From: an uncultured Maribacter sp.
GTDB lineage: Bacteria; Bacteroidota; Bacteroidia; Flavobacteriales; Flavobacteriaceae
Direction of reading: 5' to 3'
DNA length: 64,000 nt
Assembly (NCBI GenBank): GCA_938038975.1
Contig: CALHVP010000061.1
Span: 22,329 to 86,328, forward strand
In this document: positions 50,228 through 60,525 of the stretch, one piece after another
Position numbering within the stretch: the stretch's first letter is position 1
How the letters are laid out: the number at the start of each line of letters is the position of its first letter
Position numbers and translations under genes: made by a program
The notes under the pieces: model-generated
The model's input: only the letters and a program-made list of their open reading frames with translations
What the model was told of the DNA's origin: nothing
The model's database searches: none

Positions 50228-51063
50228 ATAAACCATCTTTTAGTTCCCACAGACTTTTCAGATAATTCTTGGAATGCACTTGAATATGCAGTAAGATTAT
50301 ACAAAAAAAAACCTTGTACCTTTTATATTTTACATATTGGAAATTTATGGCAATCAGCTATCAAAAGTAACTCTTTTGTTTTTCCTAATGAAAAAATAAG
50401 CCTGTCTTTAAAAGAAAGACTAATTTCACTTTTTGAACGAACTAAAACATTACCCATTAACGAAAACCATCATTTTATTGTTTTACAGGAGTATGGAGAC
50501 TTTATAGATATTATCCGTAAAACGAAAGATGAAAAAAAATAAACCTAATAGTTATGGGAACCAAAGGTGCATCGGGTATAAAGGCATACACTATAGGAAG
50601 TAATGCAGGGGACGTTATAAAAAAAGTGCTTTGCAACGTATTGGTCATACCGGAAAAAGCAGAAATTAACATACCCAAAGAAATAGCCTTTGTAACGGAC
50701 TACAATCTTTTTTACACCTTCCCTATTTTAAAAACACTTACAGAATTACAAAGAATCACAAAAGCGCATTTTCATGTTACAAATGTTTCAAACAACAACA
50801 TCAATTTAACAACATCACAAGAAAAAAACAAAGCGTATTTATTAGAATATTTAAGGGAAACAGCTACGAATGCCTATGATTTTCATCATATAAATGATAA
50901 AAGTACCAAGACCGCTATTCTAGATTTTGTGGACGACAACAGGGTAGATATGTTAACCATGGTCGCCAAAAATCTGAATTTCTTTCAACAACTATTATTT
51001 GATACTACCATTGAAAAGTTAAGTTTTCATACCACGATACCACTACTTGTACTGCATGAATAG
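50228..51063 (+). pseudogene. Universal stress protein pseudogene
   Basis: ATA in place of ATG, then NHLLVPTDFSDNSWNA...; frameshift in A8 run at 50532-50539; C-terminal part is ORF 50554-51063. Confidence 0.85.
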
Positions 51064-51081
51064 CCTATGGTAGTATTGAAC

Positions 51082-51093
51082 TGACCAATATCA
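51082..51093 (+). promoter_or_regulatory. CRP/FNR-type box TGAC-CAAT-ATCA
   Basis: TATTTTTA at 51117-51124, 23 bp downstream. Confidence 0.8.
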
Positions 51094-51147
51094 TAGTAAT
51101 TGGAGCTATTCACTTCTATTTTTATAAAAACATTAAATGGAAGACCG

Positions 51148-51999
51148 ATGAAAAAAATCCTAATTCCTACCGATTTTTCAGACAACTCTAAAAATGCAAT
51201 TCGCTATGCGCTTGAATTGTTCAAGGAAAAACCTTGTCATTTTTTTATCATCTATGTGAATATAGAAGGTTCGGGTTTTATCGAAAAACCACTTTATAAG
51301 TTTGGCACAAACGTAGTGGTAGAAAAAAGGCCAAAAAACATAGCCATAAAATTAAAGGAGTTAAAAGATTTCGTTGCGTCGATTTTTGCAGATAAAAAGC
51401 GGCATCATTTTTCAATGATTTCTGAAAGGGGTCACTTTTTAAAATCGATTCGGCAACAAATACAAGAAAAAGAAATAGAGCTCATCGTGATGGGAACTAA
51501 CGGCGCGTCTGAACTCAGAGAATTTTTTATTGGAACCCGTTCAGGAGATGTCATAACAAAAGTAGCATGTGACGTACTGGTGGTACCGGATGGAACAATA
51601 TACAATGACTTTGCCAAGGTTGTTTTTCCGGTAGATTTTGAAGTTATTTATGATGATGTCACATTAAATAAAATAGCGGAACTAATTACTTCAGAGAAAA
51701 CTCAAATCCAACTTTTATATGTTACTAAATCTCCAATTTCACTTTTAAAGCAGGTAAAACTACAGCGAGAACAACTGATACAGCGAATCGAAGCAATACT
51801 ACCTAATCCTATAAGTTTTCATAGGGTTATATCTAAAAAAGCGGAGGAAGGTATTTTAATTTTCACCAAAAGCGTACATGCTGACCTAATTGTTATGATT
51901 TCCAAGGATTATGGCCTTCTGCAAAAGTTATTTTTAGACACTACCGTAGAGGAAGTAAGTTTTGATACAACTATTCCTCTTTTATCGCTTCAAGGATAA
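51148..51999 (+). CDS. Universal stress protein
   Basis: MKKILIPTDFS, LIVMGTNG. Confidence 0.95.
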   Translation: MKKILIPTDFSDNSKNAIRYALELFKEKPCHFFIIYVNIEGSGFIEKPLYKFGTNVVVEKRPKNIAIKLKELKDFVASIFADKKRHHFSMISERGHFLKSIRQQIQEKEIELIVMGTNGASELREFFIGTRSGDVITKVACDVLVVPDGTIYNDFAKVVFPVDFEVIYDDVTLNKIAELITSEKTQIQLLYVTKSPISLLKQVKLQREQLIQRIEAILPNPISFHRVISKKAEEGILIFTKSVHADLIVMISKDYGLLQKLFLDTTVEEVSFDTTIPLLSLQG

Positions 52000-52031
52000 T
52001 AAGCAACACTATTGTCATCCAAAGTATAGAA

Positions 52032-52043
52032 TGATTAAAATCA
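52032..52043 (+). promoter_or_regulatory. CRP/FNR-type box TGAT-TAAA-ATCA
   Basis: TATTTTTG at 52067-52074, 23 bp downstream. Confidence 0.85.
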
Positions 52044-52096
52044 TAGGGTATGAATTGTTATCGAAATATTTTTGAATAGTCATAAAAACAAAGTAC

Positions 52097-52942
52097 ATGA
52101 GAACGATATTAATACCTACCGATTTTTCTGCCAATGCTATGCATGCGATACACTACGCACTACAACTCTACAAATGCGAACGTACCAACTTCTATTTTTT
52201 ACATGCTTATGCGGATGAAGTGTACGGCCCATTTAAAAATAATGAAGGAGCTACCATGGAAGAACAAAAAAAAACAATCCAAAAAACTGTAGATGTATCC
52301 TTAAAAAAACTAGTACAAGAAGTAATAGAAAAATATCACAATCCTAAACATAATTTTGAGATAAAATCTTCTTTTGAGTCTTTGGTAGATGCTGTTAATG
52401 ATTTCGCCAATCAAATAAATGTAGATCTTGTAATTATGGGTACCCAAGGGCAGACAGCAAACAAAAAGATAACATTTGGCAGCCATACAGTGCAGGTATT
52501 CAAATATGTAAAATGCCCAGTCTTGGCCATTCCAGAAAATTATGAGTACCAACAACCAAAAAAAATAGTATTCCCTACGGATTATATGCTGCCCTATAAA
52601 CGTAGAGAGCTAAAGCTCTTAAATAGGTTAGCCGGCGAATTTAAATCAGAAGTCTATTGCCTGCATATTTCTGATTTTGAAGATTTAAGTCGTAGACAAA
52701 TAGACAACAAACGGTTCTTAAAAGAATCTTTACCAGATGCCTACCTGTTTTTTGAACGTAGCCCTGTCAAAAATAAAGGCGAGGTTATTATGGAATACAT
52801 TGTATCGAATAAGATAAACCTATTGGTTATGGTAAATTCTAGGCACTCCTTTTTGGAAGATATGTTATACCGATCCACGGTAGATGAAATTGGGCTACAA
52901 CCTAAGGTTCCCTTTTTAGTCATGCAGAATCTTCCTAGATAA
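52097..52942 (+). CDS. Universal stress protein
   Basis: ILIPTDFS, LVIMGTQG. Confidence 0.95.
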   Translation: MRTILIPTDFSANAMHAIHYALQLYKCERTNFYFLHAYADEVYGPFKNNEGATMEEQKKTIQKTVDVSLKKLVQEVIEKYHNPKHNFEIKSSFESLVDAVNDFANQINVDLVIMGTQGQTANKKITFGSHTVQVFKYVKCPVLAIPENYEYQQPKKIVFPTDYMLPYKRRELKLLNRLAGEFKSEVYCLHISDFEDLSRRQIDNKRFLKESLPDAYLFFERSPVKNKGEVIMEYIVSNKINLLVMVNSRHSFLEDMLYRSTVDEIGLQPKVPFLVMQNLPR

Positions 52943-52959
52943 CTTTTAAGCTTGTCAAT

Positions 52960-53814
52960 ATGAAAAAAATACTCCTACCTACCGATTTCTCAGACAATGC
53001 CTGGAACGCTATCTGCTATGCACAACTCTTATTTAAAGAAGAGCAATGTGACTTTCATATTCTACATACCTATACCCCTACCTTTTATCGATTGGATTAC
53101 ATGATGGGTGGACCCACCTATAGCGCTATCCCGGACATGGGTGTAGAAGTTGCGCAGGCCGGTTTAGAAAAAACACTCATAGATATTAAAAATAACTTTG
53201 ATAATCCAAAGCACTCGTTTCAGACCTTTTCTACATTCAATACGCCAGTCAATGAAATCATTGAACGTACCACATCTAAAAAATTCGACCTCATCATCAT
53301 GGGCACTCAAGGGGCTACAGGGGCAAAAGAAATTTTTCTGGGATCACATACCGTTCATGTTATACGAAGATCTACTACTCCTGTCTTAGCCGTTCCACAA
53401 GGGTACGCGTTTAAAGAATTAAAGTCCGTTGTTTTTTCTACTGACTACTTAGACACCTATCAAGGAAAAAACTTAAAAATCCTGAAGTTCCTTGTTAAGT
53501 TGCACCATGCGAAATTAACCGTTTTGCATATCAAGGAGGAATATGAGTTGTCTGATGAGCAAAAAGATAATAAACAAAGCCTTAACGCTTTGTTTAAAAA
53601 CCTAAATCCTGATATCATTGAGGAAAGAGGAAAGTTGATGCCAAATGCGATTCAAGAATACATAGAAGAACATAAATCCGAACTCTTAATAATGATGAAT
53701 AAAAAGCATAGCTTTTTTGAACGTATCCTGAACAAACAAAACCTGGACACCATAGGTTATCATACCAAAATACCGCTGTTGGTACTCCCTGAAACAGCTG
53801 AAATCAAAAAATAG
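52960..53814 (+). CDS. Universal stress protein
   Basis: ILLPTDFS, LIIMGTQGATG. Confidence 0.95.
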   Translation: MKKILLPTDFSDNAWNAICYAQLLFKEEQCDFHILHTYTPTFYRLDYMMGGPTYSAIPDMGVEVAQAGLEKTLIDIKNNFDNPKHSFQTFSTFNTPVNEIIERTTSKKFDLIIMGTQGATGAKEIFLGSHTVHVIRRSTTPVLAVPQGYAFKELKSVVFSTDYLDTYQGKNLKILKFLVKLHHAKLTVLHIKEEYELSDEQKDNKQSLNALFKNLNPDIIEERGKLMPNAIQEYIEEHKSELLIMMNKKHSFFERILNKQNLDTIGYHTKIPLLVLPETAEIKK

Positions 53815-53820
53815 AATATC

Positions 53821-54663
53821 ATGAAAAATATTGTACTCCCTACGGATTTCTCAGACAATGCCTGGAACGCCATTTTTACCGTTCTAAAATTATTTAAAGA
53901 TCTGGAATGTACATTTTATTTACTGCACGCCTATGAGCCTAATACCCTAAATATGTTAGGTCAAAAGGGCCAGCAACGATTAGGAGTTATTTACGATTCC
54001 CTGTCAGAACATTCTAGACAAGAGCTAGGTAAAGTTATGGCCTACTTGAAAAAAAAATGTCATAATCCAAAACATAGCTTTGAAACCATCTCAGCGTCAG
54101 ACCCCTTAGAGAATGCGCTAGCACACCTTGTGGAGCAAAAAGATGCTGATTTGATATGTATGGGTACTCAGGGAGCTACTAGTGCCAAACAAGTTTTCAT
54201 GGGCACTAATACGGTTAAAGTGCTAAAAAAAATAAAGGACTACCCTATTTTGGTGGTACCTTCAGACCATGATTTTAAGGCATTAAAATCGCTCGCATTC
54301 CCTACGGATTTTTCTAAAAAATATGAACAACACCAATTACAACCTATGACCGAGTTGGTGTCGCTTTGGAAAACCAACATACAAATTGTACATGTAGCCG
54401 TAGAATTTGAGATGAACGACCAACAAATTTTGAATCAAAAGAGATTAAAAAAATACTTAAATGGTTTTGATGTTATGTTCTACAATATAGATTTTGAGGA
54501 CAATATTGCCTACACCCTCGAAAAGTTTATTGTGAATACAGAAATAGATATGATGGCCTTAATACAGTACCAACATAGTTTTTGGGAAAAGATAATTAGA
54601 GAATCTGTCATAAAAAAGATGACATTCCATACCAAAGTACCTTTACTGATTCTACCCGAATAA
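53821..54663 (+). CDS. Universal stress protein
   Basis: IVLPTDFS, LICMGTQG. Confidence 0.95.
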   Translation: MKNIVLPTDFSDNAWNAIFTVLKLFKDLECTFYLLHAYEPNTLNMLGQKGQQRLGVIYDSLSEHSRQELGKVMAYLKKKCHNPKHSFETISASDPLENALAHLVEQKDADLICMGTQGATSAKQVFMGTNTVKVLKKIKDYPILVVPSDHDFKALKSLAFPTDFSKKYEQHQLQPMTELVSLWKTNIQIVHVAVEFEMNDQQILNQKRLKKYLNGFDVMFYNIDFEDNIAYTLEKFIVNTEIDMMALIQYQHSFWEKIIRESVIKKMTFHTKVPLLILPE

Positions 54664-54695
54664 GTACTATTTTAATACTCTTTATTTTAAAAGTG

Positions 54696-55556
54696 ATGAT
54701 CTCAAAACATATTCTTTTACCGACAGATTTTTCATCTAATGCCCGTAATGCAATCGATTATGGAATCACTCTTTTTAGCAAGGAGGAATGTGTTTTCTAT
54801 GTATTGAACGCTTTCGAAGTTGGAGCATCGGGTCTAAGCAGCACAATGGGAAAAGCAAAAAATACACGGTTGTACAGGGCAATAAAAGAAGAATCCAAAC
54901 GAAATGTTACATCCCTATTGGAAGAATTAAACACAAACAGTAATAATCCATTGCACAAATTCGAAGGGTTAAGCTTATCAGATTCCTTGTTGCACGCCGT
55001 TGGAAAAACGATAATAGATTATAGCATTAGTTATGTTTTTATGGGCTCCAAAGGCTCTTCAGCTATAAAAGAGGTTTTTATAGGGAGCAGTACGGTAAGC
55101 GTAATAAAACATATTGATTTCTGTCGTTTAGTAGTAGTACCAGAAAACTACAGTTTTCAAATTCCGAAACAGATAGCCTTTGCTACCAATTTTGAGCATG
55201 TGTATTCAAAAATTGAATTGGTCCCACTATTTAATTTAGCCAGTTTATGGGATTCAGAAATTGTCATAGTACATGTTCATAAAGGTAAAGAACTTACACA
55301 ACAACAGAAAACGTGTAAAAATATATTGGTAGAACGGCTTGATGGTATATGCCTAAGTTTTATAGAGGTACCAGGAGCATCAAAAGTATCGGACACTATC
55401 CAATTATTTACCTCGGAGCATACGGATGTAGGCATGATTGCCATGGTCAATTATTGGCACAGCTTTTTTAATAAATTGACTACTGAAAATGTAATTAACA
55501 GGGTTGCATTTCAAACAAAAGTTCCGTTTTTAGTTTTTCCACTTATAGACCCGTAA
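54696..55556 (+). CDS. Universal stress protein
   Basis: ILLPTDFS, VFMGSKG. Confidence 0.95.
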   Translation: MISKHILLPTDFSSNARNAIDYGITLFSKEECVFYVLNAFEVGASGLSSTMGKAKNTRLYRAIKEESKRNVTSLLEELNTNSNNPLHKFEGLSLSDSLLHAVGKTIIDYSISYVFMGSKGSSAIKEVFIGSSTVSVIKHIDFCRLVVVPENYSFQIPKQIAFATNFEHVYSKIELVPLFNLASLWDSEIVIVHVHKGKELTQQQKTCKNILVERLDGICLSFIEVPGASKVSDTIQLFTSEHTDVGMIAMVNYWHSFFNKLTTENVINRVAFQTKVPFLVFPLIDP

Positions 55557-55612
55557 AAGTGAAGGATGTATTGCGTGATAGATAGGCATGAAATATATTT
55601 ACAATTGATTCT

Positions 55613-55846
55613 TCATGTTGAACCTAGCACTATGTCCATGTTGCATTTTTGAATGCGATACCCAATTCTTGGTAATTCTTGTTTTACACTTTCAAATGCA
55701 CTTTGTCCATTAGAAAGAAAATGCAGCATCCCGTTATTGACATCTATAATTTATGATTCAAATATCTAAGATTCGGTTTAGATTCCTCACAATAATGGGC
55801 TTACATGTTTAGAATCTAGGTTTTTAAGGATTGTGAGTGCTTTCAT
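55613..55846 (-). pseudogene. Decayed small protein, HMA-like fold
   Basis: MKALTILKNLDSKH / CKPIIVRNLNRILDI* / DVNNGMLHF...VKQELPRIGY across shifted frames; boxed promoter upstream. Confidence 0.55.
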
Positions 55847-55894
55847 ATTTTCTGGTTTTAATGTTAAAATAAGGCACGAATTCTGATTTTAAAA

Positions 55895-55906
55895 TGACGT
55901 AGGTCA
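55895..55906. promoter_or_regulatory. Bidirectional CRP/FNR-type box TGAC-GTAG-GTCA
   Basis: TATTTTAA (minus, 55864-55871) and TTTATTTG (plus, 55930-55937), each 23 bp away. Confidence 0.8.
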
Positions 55907-55961
55907 GTTGAAACTGATTTTATGTTTTTTTTATTTGTACTCGGGTAAAAAATAAAAAGAA

Positions 55962-56933
55962 ATGGCAATAGAAGTAGTTCTAAGCATAGATATTGGAGGT
56001 AGTCTTACCAAGGTTGGCCTTGTAACTAGAGATGGGAATATTTTGGATAAGGTTTTGTTTAAAACCAACGCACAAAGACCATTTCCAACCTTTATGAAGA
56101 AACTACAATTAGAGGTGGAACACTTACAATCAAAATTTAATTCCGAGATAAAAATATGTGCCATTGGTGTTGGTGCACCAAATGCAAACCCTTTTACTGG
56201 CCTAATTGAAAACCCTCCAAACCTTAATTGGGGCCAGGCTACACCAATCCAAAGAATTCTTAATCAAACTTATAAATTATCGGTTACACTCGCTAACGAT
56301 GCGAATGCGGCTGCCTTAGGAGAAATGCTTTTTGGTTCCGCCAAGGGCATGAAAAACTTTGTTGTACTAACGCTAGGAACCGGACTAGGAAGCGGTATTG
56401 TAGTAGATGGGCAATTGTTAATTGGAGAACACGGTACTGCAGGAGAAATAGGCCATGTAAACGTAGACCCAAAGGGCAGAATGTGCAATTGTGGATTACA
56501 AGGCTGTTTAGAAACCTATGCCTCAGTAACGGGAATCAAACGAACAGTATTTGAGTTGATGGCGGATATGTATGAGAATTCCCCCTTAAAAAGTCTTAGT
56601 TTTGAAGAGATGACAGGTATCGAAATTTCAGATGCTGCCTTAACCGGGGATAAATTAGCCTTGGCTGCTTTTGAAAAAACAGGTAAAATCTTAGGAAGTA
56701 AAATAGCAGATACTATAGCACATATAGATCCAGAGGCAATCATCCTTTCGGGAGGATTGAGCAAAGCCGGAAATGTGCTCCTAAATCCTGTAAAAATGCA
56801 TATGGAGCAGTATCTCTTTAATGCTTACAAAGGCAAAGTAAAGGTCTTATTATCAACCTCCACAAGCGCCGACGCCGTATTAGGACCCGCTGCTATGGCT
56901 TGGCTAGAATTGAGAAATATTCATATTGGATGA
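55962..56933 (+). CDS. ROK family sugar kinase (glucokinase-like)
   Basis: IDIGGS, NDANAAALGE, TLGTGLGSG, GEIGH, CNCGLQGCLE. Confidence 0.93.
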   Translation: MAIEVVLSIDIGGSLTKVGLVTRDGNILDKVLFKTNAQRPFPTFMKKLQLEVEHLQSKFNSEIKICAIGVGAPNANPFTGLIENPPNLNWGQATPIQRILNQTYKLSVTLANDANAAALGEMLFGSAKGMKNFVVLTLGTGLGSGIVVDGQLLIGEHGTAGEIGHVNVDPKGRMCNCGLQGCLETYASVTGIKRTVFELMADMYENSPLKSLSFEEMTGIEISDAALTGDKLALAAFEKTGKILGSKIADTIAHIDPEAIILSGGLSKAGNVLLNPVKMHMEQYLFNAYKGKVKVLLSTSTSADAVLGPAAMAWLELRNIHIG

Positions 56934-56942
56934 CAATCATCA
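56931..56942 (+). promoter_or_regulatory. CRP/FNR-type box TGAC-AATC-ATCA overlapping the ROK stop codon
   Basis: TATTTTTA at 56966-56973, 23 bp downstream. Confidence 0.8.
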
Positions 56943-56992
56943 TTTCAATGGTATTTCAATGCCCTTATTTTTAGGTGTAAATCATATACACT

Positions 56993-57832
56993 ATGAAAAA
57001 CATACTCATACCTACAGATTTTTCCGATAATGCATGGAACGCCATAATCTACGCTATTGAATTGTTCAACAGAAAAGAATGTATTTTTTATTTAGTTAAC
57101 GTGCTACCCATTACTTCGTATACCGGTGGCGAAGCAACTGTATATGTAGCCCCTGAAATACTTCAAGAAGGTGTTTTAAAGGAAAATAGGGAGAAGTTGA
57201 AAAAATTATTAGGGGAAATAGAACGATTAACCGATAATCCAAAACATACGTTTGTAAGCGCTGCCTTATACGGGTTTTTTACCGACAAAATAAAACAAGA
57301 GGTAGCGGACAAAAATATTGATTTAATTATCATGGGAACCAAAGGGGCATCTGGCATAAAGGCTGTTTCTATGGGGAGTAATACTGGTAACGTAATCACA
57401 AAAGTATCTTGTGCGGTGTTGGCAATTCCTGCGGGTGCACGTTATAGCGAACCGAAGGCAATAGGTTTTCCAACGGACTTTCAATTAGGCTATACTGTTA
57501 ACGTATTGAAACAGCTTAAAGAGGTAGTGATGCTACATTCATCGGCTTTAAAATGTCTACATGTTTCAACCAAAAAGGATGAACTGACGATGCTACAATT
57601 AAAAAACCGTGATTTTTTAAGGGACTATTTTAAAAACACGGAATGTTCTTTTGGCACCCTATCAGAGAAAAAATTAGATGTAGCCGTTCAACATTTTGTT
57701 GAAAGCCAAAATTTGGATATGATCGTTATGGTAGCCAAAAATTTGAATTTCTTGGAACGTATTCTTTTTAGGCCTAGGGTAGAAAAAATTAGTTACCATA
57801 CCACCGTCCCATTCTTAGTGTTACATGAGTAA
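56993..57832 (+). CDS. Universal stress protein
   Basis: ILIPTDFS, LIIMGTKGASG. Confidence 0.95.
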   Translation: MKNILIPTDFSDNAWNAIIYAIELFNRKECIFYLVNVLPITSYTGGEATVYVAPEILQEGVLKENREKLKKLLGEIERLTDNPKHTFVSAALYGFFTDKIKQEVADKNIDLIIMGTKGASGIKAVSMGSNTGNVITKVSCAVLAIPAGARYSEPKAIGFPTDFQLGYTVNVLKQLKEVVMLHSSALKCLHVSTKKDELTMLQLKNRDFLRDYFKNTECSFGTLSEKKLDVAVQHFVESQNLDMIVMVAKNLNFLERILFRPRVEKISYHTTVPFLVLHE

Positions 57833-57865
57833 ATTGCTTACACCAATGTATATAATTCTAACACC

Positions 57866-58354
57866 ATGCCCAGACCAAAAATAAAAAAAGAACTATTGAC
57901 ATTAAGCCAGAAAAACTATAATAGGCTTTTGGATTTTATTGAATCGCTTAATGAAATTGAACGGAATAAAGAGTTTCCGAAAGGATACCTAAACAGGAAT
58001 AGCACTAATTTAATTGCTAGTTTACATCATTGGCATCTCATGTTTTTAAATTAGTATGCCGAAGGAATGTCCGGTAAAAAACCGGATATGCCCGCCAAAG
58101 GCTTTACATGGAAAACCATACCCGAGCTAAATCGAACGATTTGGGAAAAGTACAAGGATGTAAATTATCCAAACGTGAAAAAACTTTTAGATTCTTCGTA
58201 TGCCGATATTCAAAAACTAATCGAAAAACATACAGACGAGGAACTCTTCGAAAAGAAAAGGCACGAATGGACAGGCACTACATCATTGGGTTTCCGCTAC
58301 CTCCAGTCAATATGATTGGCATATAAACTTGTAAAGAGAGCAATAAAAATCTAG
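57866..58354 (+). pseudogene. ClbS/DfsB (DUF1706) family pseudogene
   Basis: MPRPK.K.ELL...MFLN*YAEGMSGKKPDMPAKGFTWK (probable TGG to TAG at 58052); frameshift near 58290 before SATSSQYDW. Confidence 0.8.
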
Positions 58355-58367
58355 TGATTACCTGTTT

Positions 58368-58667
58368 TCAAGAATGCGATTTTACGATTTGTACAATAGC
58401 ATCCTTTTGCACAACCCCCGACTGTCGCCAAAGCTGTTTCCCATTCTTGAACAAGAGCATGGTGGGTACTCCCCTAACTTGATATTTTGCGGCTAAGGAT
58501 TGGTTTTTATCCACGTCAATCTTTACAATCTTAACGCTTTCTCCCATTTCATCCTTTACCTGTTTTAAAATCGGCACCAACATTTTACAAGGGCCGCACC
58601 AATCGGCATAAAAATCGACCAAAACCGGTGTTTCTGAATCTATTATTTTAGAAAAACTACTTTTCAT
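58368..58667 (-). CDS. trxA: Thioredoxin
   Basis: VLVDFYADWCGPCK, VRGVPT. Confidence 0.95.
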   Translation of the reverse strand: MKSSFSKIIDSETPVLVDFYADWCGPCKMLVPILKQVKDEMGESVKIVKIDVDKNQSLAAKYQVRGVPTMLLFKNGKQLWRQSGVVQKDAIVQIVKSHS

Positions 58668-58716
58668 CCATTTCAATTTAAAGATTAAAAATACAAAAAA
58701 CAAGCACTGGGCTAAC

Positions 58717-58728
58717 TGACCAATATCA
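58717..58728. promoter_or_regulatory. Bidirectional CRP/FNR-type box TGAC-CAAT-ATCA
   Basis: TATTTTTA (minus, 58686-58693) and TAGTTTTA (plus, 58752-58759), each 23 bp away. Confidence 0.85.
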
Positions 58729-58783
58729 TAGCTTTTAGATTTCTTCTATACTAGTTTTAACTTATAATCAAAACTATGAGGCC

Positions 58784-59620
58784 ATGAAACGTATTCTTTT
58801 ACCTACTGATTTTTCGGACAATTCTATTAAAGCCATAAGGTATACGCTGTTGACTTATAGAGATGTGAAGTGTACTTTTTATTTATTAAACACCTATACC
58901 CCAACGGTCTACCAGACGGAGTATCTTATGGGGAGTCCCGGCCATATTGGTTTGGGAGACATACTTCAAGAAAATAGTCTAACCCAACTAGAAAAATTAA
59001 AAAAACGTTTGAAAAAGCAACATAAGAACGCAAACCACACTATAATCGTTCGTTCTGCCTTTAATACCTTACTAGGCGAAATATCCCATACTGTAGAAGC
59101 TGAACATATAGATTTGATTGTAATGGGAACTACAGGAGCCACAGGCGCAAAGGAAATTCTTTTTGGTACAAATACGGTACATGTAATTAAAAAGGCAAAA
59201 TGTCCCGTTATAGCGGTTCCTCCAAATTTTGAATACGAGGCACCAAAGGAAATCCTGTTTCCAACAGACTACGAAGTTGAATACGAAAAGAAAAAAATGG
59301 CTCCGCTAATGGCAATTATACAGCAGCATAAATCAAGAATAAATGTGCTTCATGTTCGTGCCGGTTATGACTTAAATAGTATCCAAGAAAAGCATAAATC
59401 ACAACTTGAAAAATTATTGGGAAACAGCGCGCTGTTTCACGAAGTACCCGATAACGGAATCATAGATGCAGTCAATGCCTTTCAGGTCAAGCAAAAAATA
59501 AACCTTTTGGTTATGGTACAGAACAAACACACCTTTATGGAACGCCTGTTTATTGAGCCCATTATCAAAAAAATAGGTTTTCACGTTACCGTACCCTTTA
59601 TGGTACTACCACAACTTTAA
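58784..59620 (+). CDS. Universal stress protein
   Basis: ILLPTDFS, LIVMGTTGATG. Confidence 0.95.
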   Translation: MKRILLPTDFSDNSIKAIRYTLLTYRDVKCTFYLLNTYTPTVYQTEYLMGSPGHIGLGDILQENSLTQLEKLKKRLKKQHKNANHTIIVRSAFNTLLGEISHTVEAEHIDLIVMGTTGATGAKEILFGTNTVHVIKKAKCPVIAVPPNFEYEAPKEILFPTDYEVEYEKKKMAPLMAIIQQHKSRINVLHVRAGYDLNSIQEKHKSQLEKLLGNSALFHEVPDNGIIDAVNAFQVKQKINLLVMVQNKHTFMERLFIEPIIKKIGFHVTVPFMVLPQL

Positions 59621-59639
59621 AGAATTAAAGAATTAAAAA

Positions 59640-60491
59640 ATGAAAAATATATTAGTCGCTACAGACTTTTCGAATAATGCCTATAGTGCGCTGCACTATG
59701 CCACACAATTATTGGCATCAAAACCCTGCACTTTTTATATCTTAAATGTATTCGATAAGCTTACACCCATACTTGGTAATAAAGCAAAATTATTTAACAA
59801 TAAGCACCGGTTAACAACACTACAAAAAGAATCAAAAGAAGGTCTAGAAATTACCTCGCATAGAATTGTCTTGGATACAGATAACACGAAACATCTGTTT
59901 AAAACAATTTCTAAAAAAGGAAACTTAGCGGATACTATTGCTAAGACCATTGAGGAAAAGAAAATAGATTTAGTGGTCATGGGCAATAAAGGACTTAACG
60001 AAACAGCTGATATTTTCTTTGGCAGCAATACCATAAAAACGATAAACCATATAAACAAATGTCCAGTGCTAGCTATTCCAGGGGAAACGGACTTTAAAAC
60101 GCCCAAAGAAATAGCATTTATTACCGACTTAAAAAGAGACTGTACCAAAGACTCGATAGCACCTCTACTGTTTTTAGCCTCCCTTACCAAGGCATCGGTA
60201 AGCGTAATGCACATAACGGAAGAAAAGATATTAAACAAGGAACAAGAATCTTATAGAAAACTATTGGCACTGTGCCTAAAGGATATTGACCACAGCTTTC
60301 ATTGGGTCCAAAAATTTGAGGATAAGGCAAAAGTTATTGAAGTATTTCTAAAAAAACAGCAAATAGATATGTATGCAATGGTGAACCATAAACGGAATCT
60401 GTTTGAAAAATTGACTCGGGAGCCTGTCATAAAAGATGTGAGTATGTATGCGGACATTCCTTTTCTCATCCTTCCGCATCAAGAAGTGTAA
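59640..60491 (+). CDS. Universal stress protein
   Basis: ILVATDFS, LVVMGNKG. Confidence 0.95.
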   Translation: MKNILVATDFSNNAYSALHYATQLLASKPCTFYILNVFDKLTPILGNKAKLFNNKHRLTTLQKESKEGLEITSHRIVLDTDNTKHLFKTISKKGNLADTIAKTIEEKKIDLVVMGNKGLNETADIFFGSNTIKTINHINKCPVLAIPGETDFKTPKEIAFITDLKRDCTKDSIAPLLFLASLTKASVSVMHITEEKILNKEQESYRKLLALCLKDIDHSFHWVQKFEDKAKVIEVFLKKQQIDMYAMVNHKRNLFEKLTREPVIKDVSMYADIPFLILPHQEV

Positions 60492-60525
60492 AAAATGCAA
60501 CCTAATATCCCAAAACAATGTAATT

